Shown here: positions 10,079-31,519 of the stretch, piece after piece
Numbering within the stretch: the first letter of the stretch is position 1
Layout: each line of letters opens with the position of its first letter
Assembly (NCBI GenBank): GCA_963842525.1
Contig: CAWJGT010000003.1
Location: forward strand, 704,001-768,000
Direction of reading: 5' to 3'
From: an uncultured Holophagales bacterium
GTDB lineage: Bacteria; Acidobacteriota; Thermoanaerobaculia; Multivoradales; UBA5704
DNA: 64,000 nt
Notes under the pieces: generated by a model
What the model was told of the DNA's origin: nothing
The model's input: only the letters and a program-made list of their open reading frames with translations
Databases searched by the model: none
Translations under genes and position numbers: made by a program

Positions 10079-13000
10079 GCCATCCTCCCGCCGCCGAGCT
10101 CGATTCCCTGGAGAATGCCATCGCCGTCCTCGGCCTGGCCGGGCGCTTCCCGCAGGCTCGCACCCTCGACGAGCTCTGGGAGAACCTGCGCAACGGCGTC
10201 GAGTCGATCCGCGTCCTGACCGAACCGGAGCTGCTCGCCGCGGGCGTCCTCGCCTCGACCCTGCGCGACCCGAGCTACGTCCGCGCCGCGGGGGTGGTCG
10301 AGGGGATCGACCTCTTCGACGCTCCCTTCTTCGGCTTCAGCGCCCGCGAGGCGGCGTTCCTCGACCCACAGCAACGGCTGTTCCTGGAGTGCGCCTGGGA
10401 GGCCCTGGAGTCGGCCGGCTACGACGCGCTGCGCATCCCGGGCCCGGTGGGCGTCTACGGCGGCACCAGCGCGAACAGCTATTACCTCTTCTACCTCTTT
10501 TCGCGCGCCGACATGCTCAACTCGCCGTCGGCCGGCCAGAGCTTCCTGGGCGGGGACAAGGACTTCCTCTGCACCCGGACCAGCTACAAGCTGGGCCTGC
10601 GGGGTCCCAGTCTCGGCGTCCAGACCGCCTGCTCGACCTCGCTCGTCGCGGTCCACCTGGCCTGCCAGAGCCTGCTCAATGGCGAGTGCGACATGGCGAT
10701 CGCGGGCGGCGCCTCGCTCAGGGTCCCGCAGACGACCGGCTATTTCTGGCAGCCCGGCGGCATCCTGGCGGCGGACGGCCATTGCCGCGCCTTCGACGCC
10801 GAGGCCGGCGGCTCGGTCCCGGGCAGCGGCGTAGGCGTTGTGGTCCTGAAGCGCCTGGAGGACGCTCTCGCCGACGGCGACACGGTGCGGGCGGTGATCC
10901 GCGGCTCGGCGATCAACAACGACGGAGCCCTGCGGGTCGGCTTCACCGCACCCAGTGTCGAAGGGCAGGCCGCTGTCATCGCCGAGGCCCTAGCTCTCGC
11001 CCGGGTCGACCCGGCGACCATCGGCTACGTCGAGGCCCACGGCAGCGGCACTCCCTTGGGCGATCCGATCGAGATGGCTGCGCTCACCCGCGCCTTCGAG
11101 AGCGACCGCACGCGCCGTGGCGCCTGCGCCGTGGGCTCGATCAAGACCAACCTCGGCCACCTGGACGCGGCGGCAGGCATCACCGGCCTGATCAAGGCCG
11201 TTCTGGCGCTGGAGCATCGCGAGATCCCACCCAGCCTGCATTTCCGGACGCCGAACCCGAACGCCGGCTTCGCGGACAGCCCGTTCTACGTCAACACCCA
11301 GCTCCAGGAGTGGACGACGGACGGCGCTCCGCGGCGGGCGGGCGTCAGCTCGTTCGGCATGGGCGGGACGAACGCGCACGTGGTCCTGGAAGAGGCCCCG
11401 GAGCCCGAGCCTTCAGGGGTGTCCTCCGGGGCGCGCCCCTGGCAGCTCCTCCTCCTCTCGGCGGTGACCCGCACGGCCCTGGAGGCCGCCACGGACAACC
11501 TGACCGCGCACCTGGAGAAGCACTCCGGGCAGCCTTTCGCGGATGTCGCGTACACGCTCCAGGCCGGCCGCCGCGTCTTCGCCTATCGGCGGGCCCTTGT
11601 CTGTAGGGACGGAGAGGATACGCGACGGGCCCTGGCGGAGCGCGATCCCGCGCGGCTGCTGGAGGGCTTCGAGGAGCGGACGGACCGCACCGTCGCCTTC
11701 CTTCTCCCTGGCCTTGGGGATCAGTACGACGGCATGGCGCGCGGCCTCTACGAGGGCGAGCCCGTCTTCCGCGACGAGGTGGACCGATGTTGCGAGATCC
11801 TGCGGCCGATCCTGGGGATGGATCTGCGGGAGGTGCTGTTCGCGGGAGGGGAGGAGGGAGACGGGGACGGTCCCGACCTCCGTGCCCTCCTCGGCCGGAG
11901 GAAGGAAACCGGCCGCTCCGACCGCACCGCGATCGCTCAGCCGGCCCTGTTCGTCGTCGAGGTCGCCCTGGCGCGGCTCCTCCGGGAGTGGGGGATCGAG
12001 CCGCGGGCTCTCCTCGGCTACAGCCTGGGCGAGTACGTGGCCGCCCACCTCGCGGGTGTGATGACCCTGGAAGACGCCCTGCGGGTCGTGGCACTTCGCG
12101 CGCGGCTGATCGAGGAGCTGCCCGGCCGGCGCCATGCTGGCCGTGCCGCTGTCCGAGGCCGAGGCCGCCGGTCTGCTCGGCGAGGAGCTGTCCATCGCCG
12201 CGGTGAACGGCCCGGAGCTGTGCGTGGTGGCCGGTCCGGTCGACGCGGTGGCGACGCTGGAGCGGCAGCTCGGGGAGCGCGGCTTGTCCGTACGGCGCCT
12301 CGCGACCTCGCACGCCTTCCACTCGAAGATGATGACACCGGTGGCCGCTGCCTTCGAGCGGGTGCTGCGGGAGGTCGACCTCCGCGCCCCTGAGATGCCC
12401 TACATCTCGAATGTGACCGGCACCTGGATCACGCCGGCCGAGGCCACCGATCCGGCGTACTGGGTGCGCCACCTTCTGGAGCCGGTGCGCTTCGGCGCCG
12501 GGCTGGCGGAGCTGGGGCGCGAGGCCGGGCGGGTGCTGCTGGAAGTCGGCCCCGGCCAGAGCCTGAGCAGCCTGTCTCTCCAGAGGGTGTTTCGAGATCC
12601 TCCCCCTGGGAGCGCCGACGCTCCCAGGGAGGAGGGACGGACCGCTCTTCCGACCCTGCGGCCGTCCTGGGAGCGGCGGCCGGACCAAGCCTTCCTCTTG
12701 GGCACCCTCGGCCGCCTCTGGCTCGCGGGTGTTTCGGTCGACTGGGCCGGCTTCGCGAAGGAGGAACGCCGGCGGCGCGTTCCGCTGCCGACCTATCCCT
12801 TCGAGCGGAAACGGTACTGGATTGAGAGTCCGGTCTCCGAGGTATCCGAGGCCGTGGGACCTCACCCCCGGCCCCTCTCCCATCTCCCTTCCACCCGCCC
12901 GCCGGGAGAGGGGGGAGCGCTGACCGACAGCTCCCAGGCTTTCCAAGGTCTTTCTCCCCTCTCCCGGGGAGGGGAAGGGTGGGAGATGGGAGAGGGGCCG

Positions 13001-16000
13001 GGGGTGAGGTCCATCGCCACCACCACCCACGGCCGTCCCGGGCTCGCCACGCCCTACGTCGCTCCCACGACTCCGACCGAGGCGGCGTTGGCCGAGGTCT
13101 GGCAGGAGCTGCTGGGTGTCGCGCCGGTGGGCATCCATGACAGCTTTTTCGACCTCGGCGGCCACTCGCTGATGGCGTCGCAGCTCGTGGCCCGCCTCTC
13201 CGCGCGCTTCGGCGCCGAGGTGCCGCTCGTTGCGCTCTTCGAGGCCCCGACCGTCGCGGCGCTCGCCGTGCGGCTTCACGGCGCGCCGGAGGCTCAGCTC
13301 GAGACAGCCCTGCCGCGCCGGCCTCAGCGGGATCGCGCTCCGCTCTCCTTCGCCCAGCAGCGCCTCTGGTTCGTGCACCACCTCGCGCCCGAGAGCAGCG
13401 CCTACAACAACCCGGTCGCGATGCGCCTGCGCGGCCCGCTCGATCTTGCGGCGCTGACCGAAGCCCTGGCCGAGATCGAGCGGCGGCACGAGGTCCTGCG
13501 CACCCGCTTCCCCGTCGAGGACGGCGAGCCGGTGCAGCTCATCGAGGACCCGAGGCCGGTCGAGCTTCAGCGGATCGACCTCTCGCATCTGGCAGGGGAG
13601 GAAGGCGAGGCCGCGGCCCGGAGCGCCCTCTGGAGCTTCGTCGAGCCTCCCTTCGACCTCGCCCGCCGGCCGCCCGTGCGCCACCTGCTGGCCCGGCTTA
13701 CGGAGGAGGACCCGGAAGAAGACCACCTCTTCGTCACCGCCATGCACCACATCCTGTGGGACGAGTGGTCGCAGGGGATCTTCGTGCGCGAGCTCGCCAC
13801 CCTCTACGAGGCGTTCCGCGACGGCCAACCCTCGCCGCTCCCCGAGCTGCCGATCCAGTACGGCGACTGGGCCCTGTGGCAGCGCGAGCACCTGCAAGGT
13901 GAGGTCCTGGAAGAGCACCTGTCGTATTGGCGGGCGCGGCTCGACGGCGCGCCGCGCCTGCTCGCCCTGCCCACCGACCGGCCGCGCCCGCCGGTCCAGA
14001 CCTTCCGCGGCGCGACCCGCGCCTTCGCCGTCTCCGAGGAGCTGCAGCGGAGCCTCCATGCAGTCTCCCAACGACAGGGCTCCACCCTCTTCATGACCCT
14101 CCTGGCGACGTTCCAGGCCCTCCTCGGCCGCTATGCGGGCCAGGAGGACGTGGTCGTCAGCACCGGCACCGGCGGTCGCGACCGGGTCGAGGCCGAGAGT
14201 CTGATCGGCTGTTTCATCAACATCCTCCTGCTGCGCGCCGACCTCGGCGGCGGCGTCTCGTTCGACGAGCTCCTGGCGCGCACCCGCGAGAGCACCCTCG
14301 GCGCTTTCGCCCACCAGGACGTCCCCTTCGAGCTGCTGGTCGACGCTCTGCAGATCGAACGCGACCCGAGCACCACGCCGTTCGCCCAGGCCATGCTCGT
14401 CCTGCTCAACGTGCCGCCCGTGGACCTGGAGCTGCGCGGATTGGAGGTCAAGGGGGTGAGGATCGACCGCCAGGTCTCGCAATTCGACCTTGTCCTCTAC
14501 CTCACGGAAGAAGGGGGCCGGCTCGGTGGCCAGCTCGAATACAACGTCGACCTCTTCGACGAGGCCACGGTCGACCGCCTGCTCGGTCACTACCGCAACC
14601 TGATGGAGCGGGCCGCCGCCGACCCTGGCCGCCGGATCGCGGAGATCTCGTTGCTCTCCGAGGCCGAGCGGCGGCAGGCGGTCGAGGAGTGGAACGCCAC
14701 CGCTGAGGCCTTCCCGCGCGATGCCTGCCTGCACGAGCTGTTCGACGCCTGGGCGGACAAACAGCCCGAGGCCACGGGGCTGATCTTCGGCGACGAGCCC
14801 TTCACCTACGCCGAGCTGAGCCGCCGGGCGAACCGCCTGGCCCACCACCTGATGAGGCTCGGCGTCCGCCGGGGCGACCGCGTGGGCGTCTCCCTGGAGC
14901 ACGCGCCCGAGGTGGTGGTCTCCCTGCTCGCCGTGCTCAAGGCGGGCGGCGCCTACATGCCGCTCGACCCCGGGTACCCGCAGGAGCGGCTCGCCGCCAT
15001 GCTGGAGGAAGCCGGTCTGAGCGCCCTCCTCACGCAGAAACGCCTGGCACCTCGTTTTTCTGACGTCCCGACGGTGCTCGTTGATCAGGATTTCGCCGGC
15101 GCAGGAGACGAAAGCCCGCGGACCGGCGTGGGGCCGGAGGACATGGTCTACATGATCTTCACCTCCGGATCGACCGGCCGTCCCAAGGGCGTGCTGCTCG
15201 ACCATCGCGGCCGGGTCAACAACTTCACCGATTTCAACCGCCGCTTCCGCATCGGACCGGGCGACGCCGTGCTCGCCCTTTCGTCGCTGAGCTTCGACAT
15301 GTCGGCCTACGATGTCCTGGGCACCCTCGCGGGAGGCGGCACGATCGTCCTGCCGCGCCTCGAGGAGCTGCGGGAGCCGTCGCGCTGGGCCGGACTGATG
15401 ACCCGCCATCGGGTCACGATCTGGCACTCCGTCCCGGCCATGCTGGAGATGCTGGTGGACAGCCTGGAGCCGCGGCCCGAGGCGGCGCCGCGCTCCCTCC
15501 GCCTGGTCCTCCTGGGCGGCGACTGGATCCCGGTGACGCTGCCGGACCGCCTGCGCGCGCTCGTTCCGGAAGCCGAGGTGATCAGCCTGGGCGGCGCCAC
15601 CGAGGTCTCGATGGATTCGACGATCTTTTCCGTCAGCGCGATCGATCCGGCCTGGAAGAGCATTCCCTACGGCGTGCCCATGGCCAACCAACTCGCCTAC
15701 ATTCTTGGGCCGGACGGCGGCCCCAACCCGGCCGGCGTGGCGGGCGAGCTCTGCCTGGGCGGCGTGGGGGTCGGCGCCGGCTATTTCGGCCGGCCGGAGC
15801 TGACGGCGGCGAAATTCGTGCCCGATCCGTTCGGGTCGGGCGACCGCCTCTACCGCACGGGCGACCTGGCGCGCTGGCGGTCGGACGGCGTCCTGGAGCT
15901 GCTCGGCCGCATGGACTTCCAGGTCAAGGTCCGCGGCTTCCGCATCGAGCCCGGGGAGATCGTGAGCGCCCTGCGCCAGCACCCGGCCGTGGACGACGTC

Positions 16001-16569
16001 GTGGTCCTGGCGCGGGAGGACCAGCCGGGCGCGAAACGTCTGGTGGCCTACCTGGTGCCGGCCCCGGGAGTTGCGGTCGACGTGGACGAGGTGCGGGAGC
16101 TGGCGCGGCGCCTGCTGCCGGGCTACATGGTCCCGTCGGCGTTCGTGGTGATGGAGACCCTGCCGCTCACGCCCAACCGCAAGCTGGACCGCAAGGCCCT
16201 GCCGGTGCCGGAAGAAGCCGCGACCGAGCGCGAGCTGGTGCCGCCGCGCACCGCCCTGGAGCAGGTCCTGGCGGGGATCTGGCGCGACGTCCTGCGGGTT
16301 CCTGACGTGGGCGCCTTCGATCACTTCTTCGACCTGGGCGGGCATTCGCTGGCAGCCACCCGGGTGGTGACGCAGATCCAGGAGGTCTTCCTGCTGGAGG
16401 TGCCCCTGCGCCTGCTGTTCGAGTCGCCGGTGCTCGCCGAGCTGGCGGCCCGTCTGGAGGACCTGGCGGCGCGCGAGGGCGTGGACGCCGCCGGCATCGC
16501 CGAGGTGCTGGCGGACATCCAGGAGCTGCCCGAGGAGGAGGTGCATGCGCTGCTCGCGGAGGAGCCCGG

Positions 16570-16573
<4 letters not shown>
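10075..16573 (+). CDS. Hybrid PKS-NRPS (KS-AT-ACP-C-A-PCP), frameshift near 12128
   Basis: KS triad TACSTS/EAHGSGT/NLGHL; AT GYSLGE and HAFHS (malonyl type); GGHSL ACP; C HHILWDEWS; A-domain [11 protein letters not shown] and YRTGDL; GGHSL PCP. Joins ORFs 9586..12393 and 12134..16573. Confidence 0.92.
12857..13012. repeat. In-frame palindromic repeat (CCTCACCCCC..CCCTCTCCC / GGGAGAGGG..GGGGGTGAGG family) in the AT-ACP linker
   Basis: Terminal inverted repeats GGACCTCACCCCCGGCCCCTCTCCCATCTCCC and GGGAGATGGGAGAGGGGCCGGGGGTGAGGTCC; translated as PHPRPLSH..MGEGPGVRS. Confidence 0.9.
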
Positions 16574-26933
<10,360 letters not shown>

Positions 26934-27003
26934 AGCTCCTGGTCGCCAGCCTCACCTTCCGCCCCCTCGCGGAGACCGTGCGCGACACCTTTGAGGTCCG
27001 GGC

Positions 27004-27344
27004 TCAGCCCGGCAACAACTCCTCCAGGGCGAGGCGCGTCTTGGGGGGCAGTCGCTCCGCATCGAAGTAGCGGGTGACGACCTCCAGGGCCTCTTCGACG
27101 CTGGTCATGAGTCGTCTGGAACATCGGCCTGGGCGGCAACCCGACCGGCCGCCTGGCGTATTAATCCGGCGGGCCGGAAGTAGCCGTCCACATCGCGCGT
27201 CGCGTGCCGGGCGTCGAGGGCCAGGCACATCACCGCACCGCCCACCAGGTAGAGCTCGCCGTGCGTGTCCTCGGCGGCCAGCTCCGCGTTCAACAGATCG
27301 AACAACCGCAGCATGTCCGACCGGGTCAGGCGGGGGCCGGCCAT
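27004..27344 (-). pseudogene. Nucleotidyltransferase-like toxin (DUF6036/AbiEii-like), internally deleted
   Basis: LYLVGGAVMCL..RHATRDVD N-terminus (27105..27344) jumps out of frame to TSVEEALEVVTRYF..LPPKTRLALEEL (frame of 27004..27483). Confidence 0.7.
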
Positions 27345-27346
27345 CG

Positions 27347-27838
27347 TTACACGCGATCACCGATCGACGAGTCGATGAAGATGTTGCGGCGCTTGAAGGG
27401 GACTGGGGCCGTCCGCAGCAGGTGCAACCGCAGGCTCGCCAGGGGGGTGGCGAAGTGCGGGGTCGTCTCCAGAGGCTCGACATCGCGCACCCAGGCGGGG
27501 GGCGGTACGTCTCGCTGGTGGGCGGCTAGCTCCACCATGGCTGCCACATAGTTCCTGAGGTATGGGGTGAGCCCTGCCAGATCCGCGTGCTCCACGGCGC
27601 TGCACAGCTCTCCGGCAGCGAGGCCGGAAAGGAGGTCGTTGAGCTCCGCCAGCACGAAGCCGGGCTGGTCGTCGTCGCGCAACGCCTCCAAGAGCCGGGC
27701 GAACCGCATCCGGGCGTCGGGCAGTGCCCGGGACAGCACGTAGGCGGACATGTTCTACCCCGCCCTACGCGACAGGTACAGAATCTTTTTCTGGTCCGGC
27801 GCAATGCGGATCTGGAGCTGCGATGATCTGCTGGCCAT
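27347..27838 (-). pseudogene. Cognate antitoxin-like protein with N-terminal RHH-like segment; in-frame TAG at codon 28
   Basis: MASRSSQLQIRIAPDQKKIL..RAG*NMSAYVLSRAL..PPAW..PVPFKRRNIFID; directly upstream of the NTase gene. Confidence 0.65.
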
Positions 27839-28116
27839 GGACTCAGCGTCGCACACGGGCTAGGTGGCGTCAATACACTCGGATTGGCTGCACCGAGATG
27901 CGCTACCTGATAGAGCACTCTACGCAGTCGCGCGAGTGAAGGAGCGGCTCCCGGGGCCCCAGGCCGGACCGCTCCTCCGTCAACGCGTACATCGCTTGTC
28001 AAAGAACCCGTACTGCCAAATCCGCCACGGTGACCCTGCCTCGATGTGAATAAGATAGATGAAGTGTCTGGCATTGTCCAGATGCACTTGACAAACAGGC
28101 GACGCTAGTCCAACGT

Positions 28117-28494
28117 ATGCACATTCAGAGAGTGCACGGCGCCAATTCCGGCGCCGGATGCCTCCGCAAGGAGAGAAAGCCGTATCTGGCAGAGCCCGGC
28201 TCCCGCCTCAGCAACCTGCTCCAGCAGGCGAACGGCCTGAGCGCCGAGTACAGCGCCCTGACCGCGACCAAGCAGGACGTCGGGCAGAGGCTGCAGCAGA
28301 CGCTGCGGGAGGGAGACGCCCTGGCGGCCCTCCTGCGCAACGGGGCGCGCGAGCGCTTCGGCATCCGCAGTGAGCTGCTGGTCCAGTTCGGGCTGAAACC
28401 GTTCCGCGGCCGTCCCCGGCCGGCGGCGCCACCGTCGCCCGGGACGCCGGACCCGGAAACACCCGCTCCCTCTCCTTCTCCCGGGCCTGAGTAG
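28117..28494 (+). CDS. Small helical hypothetical protein with a Pro-rich tail (N-terminus uncertain, possibly truncated)
   Basis: Coding-like helical segment LSNLLQQA..LTATKQ..LREGDALAALLRNGARERFGIRSELLVQFGLKPFRGR. Confidence 0.6.
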   Translation: MHIQRVHGANSGAGCLRKERKPYLAEPGSRLSNLLQQANGLSAEYSALTATKQDVGQRLQQTLREGDALAALLRNGARERFGIRSELLVQFGLKPFRGRPRPAAPPSPGTPDPETPAPSPSPGPE

Positions 28495-28594
28495 GAGCCC
28501 ACCACTCCAAGGGGCGTGCGGTCCGCGCGCCCCCTTTCCTATCCCCGCAGGAACAACAATGAACCAGTGAGAAGGGCATCCGGTGCGGGTCGGA

Positions 28595-28865
28595 AGGCTT
28601 CGGAGCCGATCCGAAGCCCTGGAGAAACTTTTGGAAGGCTCCAGAAACTTTCCGAGGCCTTCCAGCAATTTTTCCAAGCGTCCAGAAGTTTTCTGGACGC
28701 CTTCCGATCCGATCCGAAGCCCTGGAAAAAATTTTGGAAGGCTCCAGAACTTTTTGGAAGGGCTGGAAAAACTTTTGGAGCCCTTCAGATTTTTTCGGAA
28801 GGCCTCCAGAACCGTCCGGAGGCCCGCCAAATCCTCTCGGAGCCCTCCTGGACTTCATTCCGACG
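28595..28865. repeat. Degenerate ~20-21 bp tandem repeat array (~13 units)
   Basis: Units such as CCCTGGAGAAACTTTTGGAAG, GCTCCAGAACTTTTTGGAAG and CGTCCAGAAGTTTTCTGGACG; CCGATCCGAAGCCCTGGA occurs twice. Confidence 0.8.
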
Positions 28866-28999
28866 CTTCGCCATCGCCCCGAAAGACGGAAAAAGATGCC
28901 GCGGCCCATCAAGTCGAGTTCCCGGGCTGTAGACCAATTCCGGTCAGCGAACGCCACGGCCGGGCCGTCAGGTTCTGTCTCGGGCACTCGGCCCCGTCG

Positions 29000-29039
29000 T
29001 GTCATTCTGAGCGCAGCGAAGGATCTGGGGGAAGGGAGG
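29000..29039. repeat. Dispersed REP-like element, copy 2
   Basis: TGTCATTCTGAGCGCAGCGAAGGATCTGGGGGAAGGGAGG, matches 1621..1660. Confidence 0.7.
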
Positions 29040-29234
29040 TGTAGACGCCCGCCTTATTTCGTGACCGCCCCCTGAGTTTTTCCCGTCTTGCAGCGTGGTT
29101 GGATAGATTCGTCGGCGCGGTAGTGCGGGACGATCTTCCCTGTCGTGATCTCGGCAAGGCAAGCGAAGCCCGCCGGGCTCTCCTGCGGTCTTGGCGGACG
29201 GGGAAGATGCCCGACGGGCTTCCGAGAGGAGGCC

Positions 29235-30067
29235 ATGGTAAGCGTTGCTGGTTTGGGCTGCAAGCAGTATCGAGAGCGGATGGATGGAGGTGCGGTTCCT
29301 GAGTTGAGTTGCCCGGATCCGGAGTGTCTGACTCCGCTTCGGGGTCATGGCTGGTACAGCCGCTATCTGGGAGGAGAGCGGCAGCGGTTGCGTCGCGTGC
29401 GGTGTCCGCGTTTGTTACCGCTCACCTGAATCCGTAGAAATCTAATCACCTCGTCGCCCGGAGGGAGGGGTAGGGACCGCTGTTTGCGGCACGGCGAGCC
29501 CTGCGTGGGTCTGGGAGAATTTATCAATCTACCACATTCCTCCTCAGAAGTGAACATTGACCCCACTTAAATGCTGTTTTCACCCCCTTGCGGCCCTCTG
29601 CCACCACCGCGCTTCGCGCGGGATGATGCTGCTGCTCGATCTGATGATCAGATTTCTACGGATTCTGGTGATCGCCTACAGCGTTGCAGGGTCAGCCATG
29701 CGGTGTTGCCGGAGGATGTCTGCGCGTATCGCGATTTGACGTTTGGGGCCGTGGAGGCGGGCCTGGCCGCGGGGTCTCCCAGCGCGGGGGCGGAGGCTTC
29801 GGGGCAGATGGGCAGCCCGGGTGTGCGGCGGGTGCGCGGTTGGCTGCGCAGCGCGCAGGAGCCTTATGCCGCGAAGCTCCAGGGGCTTCTGGGACCGATC
29901 TCGGGTCCGTGTGGCGGGGGGTGCAGAAGGTGGTGGGCAAGGCGGCGGGTTGGCTGACGCAGTTGCGGCATTTTGTCTGGTCGAGCTTTCGGTACTTTCT
30001 CGGCGGGGTGAGCGGTCTTTTCCGCCACGGCCGGCCGGCTCCTCGGTCGCCCCGGGTCTCTCCATAG
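29235..30067 (+). pseudogene. DUF6431-like IS accessory Zn-ribbon/HTH protein, interrupted by a MITE and frameshifted near 29905
   Basis: GAGGAGG RBS; CPDPEC..LRGHGWYSR..RRVRCPR|CRVSHAVLP is restored exactly when 29413..29680 and one TSD copy are removed. Confidence 0.75.
29413..29680. mobile_element. 268-bp non-autonomous element (MITE) with TGT..ACA ends
   Basis: Imperfect 36-bp terminal inverted repeats TGTTACCGCTCACCTGAATCCGTAGAAATCTAATCA vs (reverse complement) TGTAGGCGATCACCAGAATCCGTAGAAATCTGATCA; 5-bp TSD GCGTT at 29408-29412 and 29681-29685. Confidence 0.92.
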
Positions 30068-30099
30068 TTTGGTAACTGGTCATCGGGAGGTTCCCAACT

Positions 30100-31511
30100 A
30101 AGTGCCAGCCGAATGTTAACCTTCTGAAGTGTCAATCGCACTTTCCCGTCTCGTTTTGGTGTGCAAACTGGTTGGTGAGTAGCATCTAAACCCGCCGCGA
30201 GGCTGTCGCTCACTCTTCGTGGGCGTTTTGGGCGGCTTGTACGACTTCTTTGGGGGTTGAAGGGTAAACCTCTCCCGATCCCGCGCGCAGGAAGTGGTCG
30301 GCGACCGGCTGTAAACTGCGAAGGCTGTCAGCGATCCAAAGGCCCCGAAAGCCTACCCGCTCACCCAGGGTAGGGCCGGCGGGAAGCTGCCTGCCGGGAA
30401 GACAACATCGCGCATCCCCGCCTTGAGCTTTTCCGCGGCTGTCCGGAAGGCGCCCAGGAATTCGCCATAGGCCCGGTAGAGCTCGAGACGGACCTTCTTG
30501 CTCGCAGCATGGAAGAGCGGAGCGGGCGACTTCTTGGGCTTGGCTGGCCGGTCGTGGCGCTTCTGGGCTCGGATCGCCTCGGGCCCGAGCACCGGCCGCC
30601 CCATGGCTTCCCGGACCTCCGCCGCCCGCGCCTCGATGCCGGCGACCAGGGCAGCGATCTGCTCCCGATATTGTTCCGGCGTGAGATGAGCCCAGCAGGG
30701 CAGGGGCTCAAGATGGAGGGTGTATTCGGTCGCGAAGTCGAGGTGGTGGAAGGACTCGCCCCTCTGGCGCGCGGCGTACTCGCGGGAGCGGTTGAACCAG
30801 TGGCCGACGAGGGGAGCACCGTCCAGCAGGGCGGGAATGACGCTGACGCCCGGCCAGTCCCGGAGCTTTTCCACAAGCCCTTCTTTGACCCCGTGGCTCA
30901 AAATGTACGCGAGACGCTCGATCTGGGCCTGAGGCTCGTCGCTGATCGGGATGGCCTGGAAGCGGCGGGACCAGAACTTCTCCCTCCAATCGGCCAGGCG
31001 CCCGGCTTCGCGGGCGAGGTTGGAGTTGAAGTGATTCATGAATGATGCGAGCTGGCGGGTGTCGGCGACCTGGAGGAGGAGGTGATAGTGCCCGGAGCAG
31101 AAGGCGAAGGCGACAAGGCGGACTGGGTAGAGCTCATGGGCGCGTCCAAGAGCACCGAGGATGATGTCGTTGAGCTCCGCTGAGGGAGCGAGCAGGAAGC
31201 GGCCGTGGACGGTCCGTGTGGTGACCTCGACGAGTCCGCTCCCCTCGGATGGCATGAAACGGAGTTTTCGGCTCATGCCCCTTAAAAAGACGTAAAACGG
31301 GTCGCGAATCTTGCATAACGAAGCAAAGTTCTTGTCGCGGACCGGGATTGAGCCCGAATTGTTGCTTAGACGTCAACAGAAGGACGTGCCTGATGGAAGG
31401 CCCGGAGGCTGTTCTATTCTGGTCCTGTTCGGCTGGCACTTCGGCCGCTTCGGCCGGCAGTCCTGTTCGGCTGGCACTTCTGCCGGCACTTCTGCCGGGC
31501 ACTTCCGCCGG
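30100..31511. mobile_element. HUH-transposase unit bounded by inverted AAGTGCCAGCCGAA end motifs
   Basis: AAGTGCCAGCCGAA at 30100-30113; its reverse complement TTCGGCTGGCACTT at ~31428 and ~31466, followed by GGCACTTC stutters. Confidence 0.6.
30353..31276 (-). CDS. rayT: REP-associated tyrosine transposase (RAYT, Y1 HUH family)
   Basis: VTTRT..F, AFAFCSGHYHLLL (HuH), FWSRRF, YILSHGV.EGLV..DWP pattern, with a C-terminal extension. Confidence 0.85.
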   Translation of the reverse strand: MSRKLRFMPSEGSGLVEVTTRTVHGRFLLAPSAELNDIILGALGRAHELYPVRLVAFAFCSGHYHLLLQVADTRQLASFMNHFNSNLAREAGRLADWREKFWSRRFQAIPISDEPQAQIERLAYILSHGVKEGLVEKLRDWPGVSVIPALLDGAPLVGHWFNRSREYAARQRGESFHHLDFATEYTLHLEPLPCWAHLTPEQYREQIAALVAGIEARAAEVREAMGRPVLGPEAIRAQKRHDRPAKPKKSPAPLFHAASKKVRLELYRAYGEFLGAFRTAAEKLKAGMRDVVFPAGSFPPALPWVSG

Positions 31512-31519
31512 TGGGAGCC

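Noticed and set aside
28595-28865. Protein-coding ORFs over the 21-bp array (28516..28932, 28583..29044, 28105..28830)
   Set aside because: Several frames on both strands are open with low-complexity translations and no RBS; better explained as repeat DNA.
31318-31340. Sigma54-like site upstream of the RAYT gene (GACAAGAACTTTGCT on the minus strand), and a similar one near 53060-53075
   Set aside because: Both lack the invariant GG at -24.
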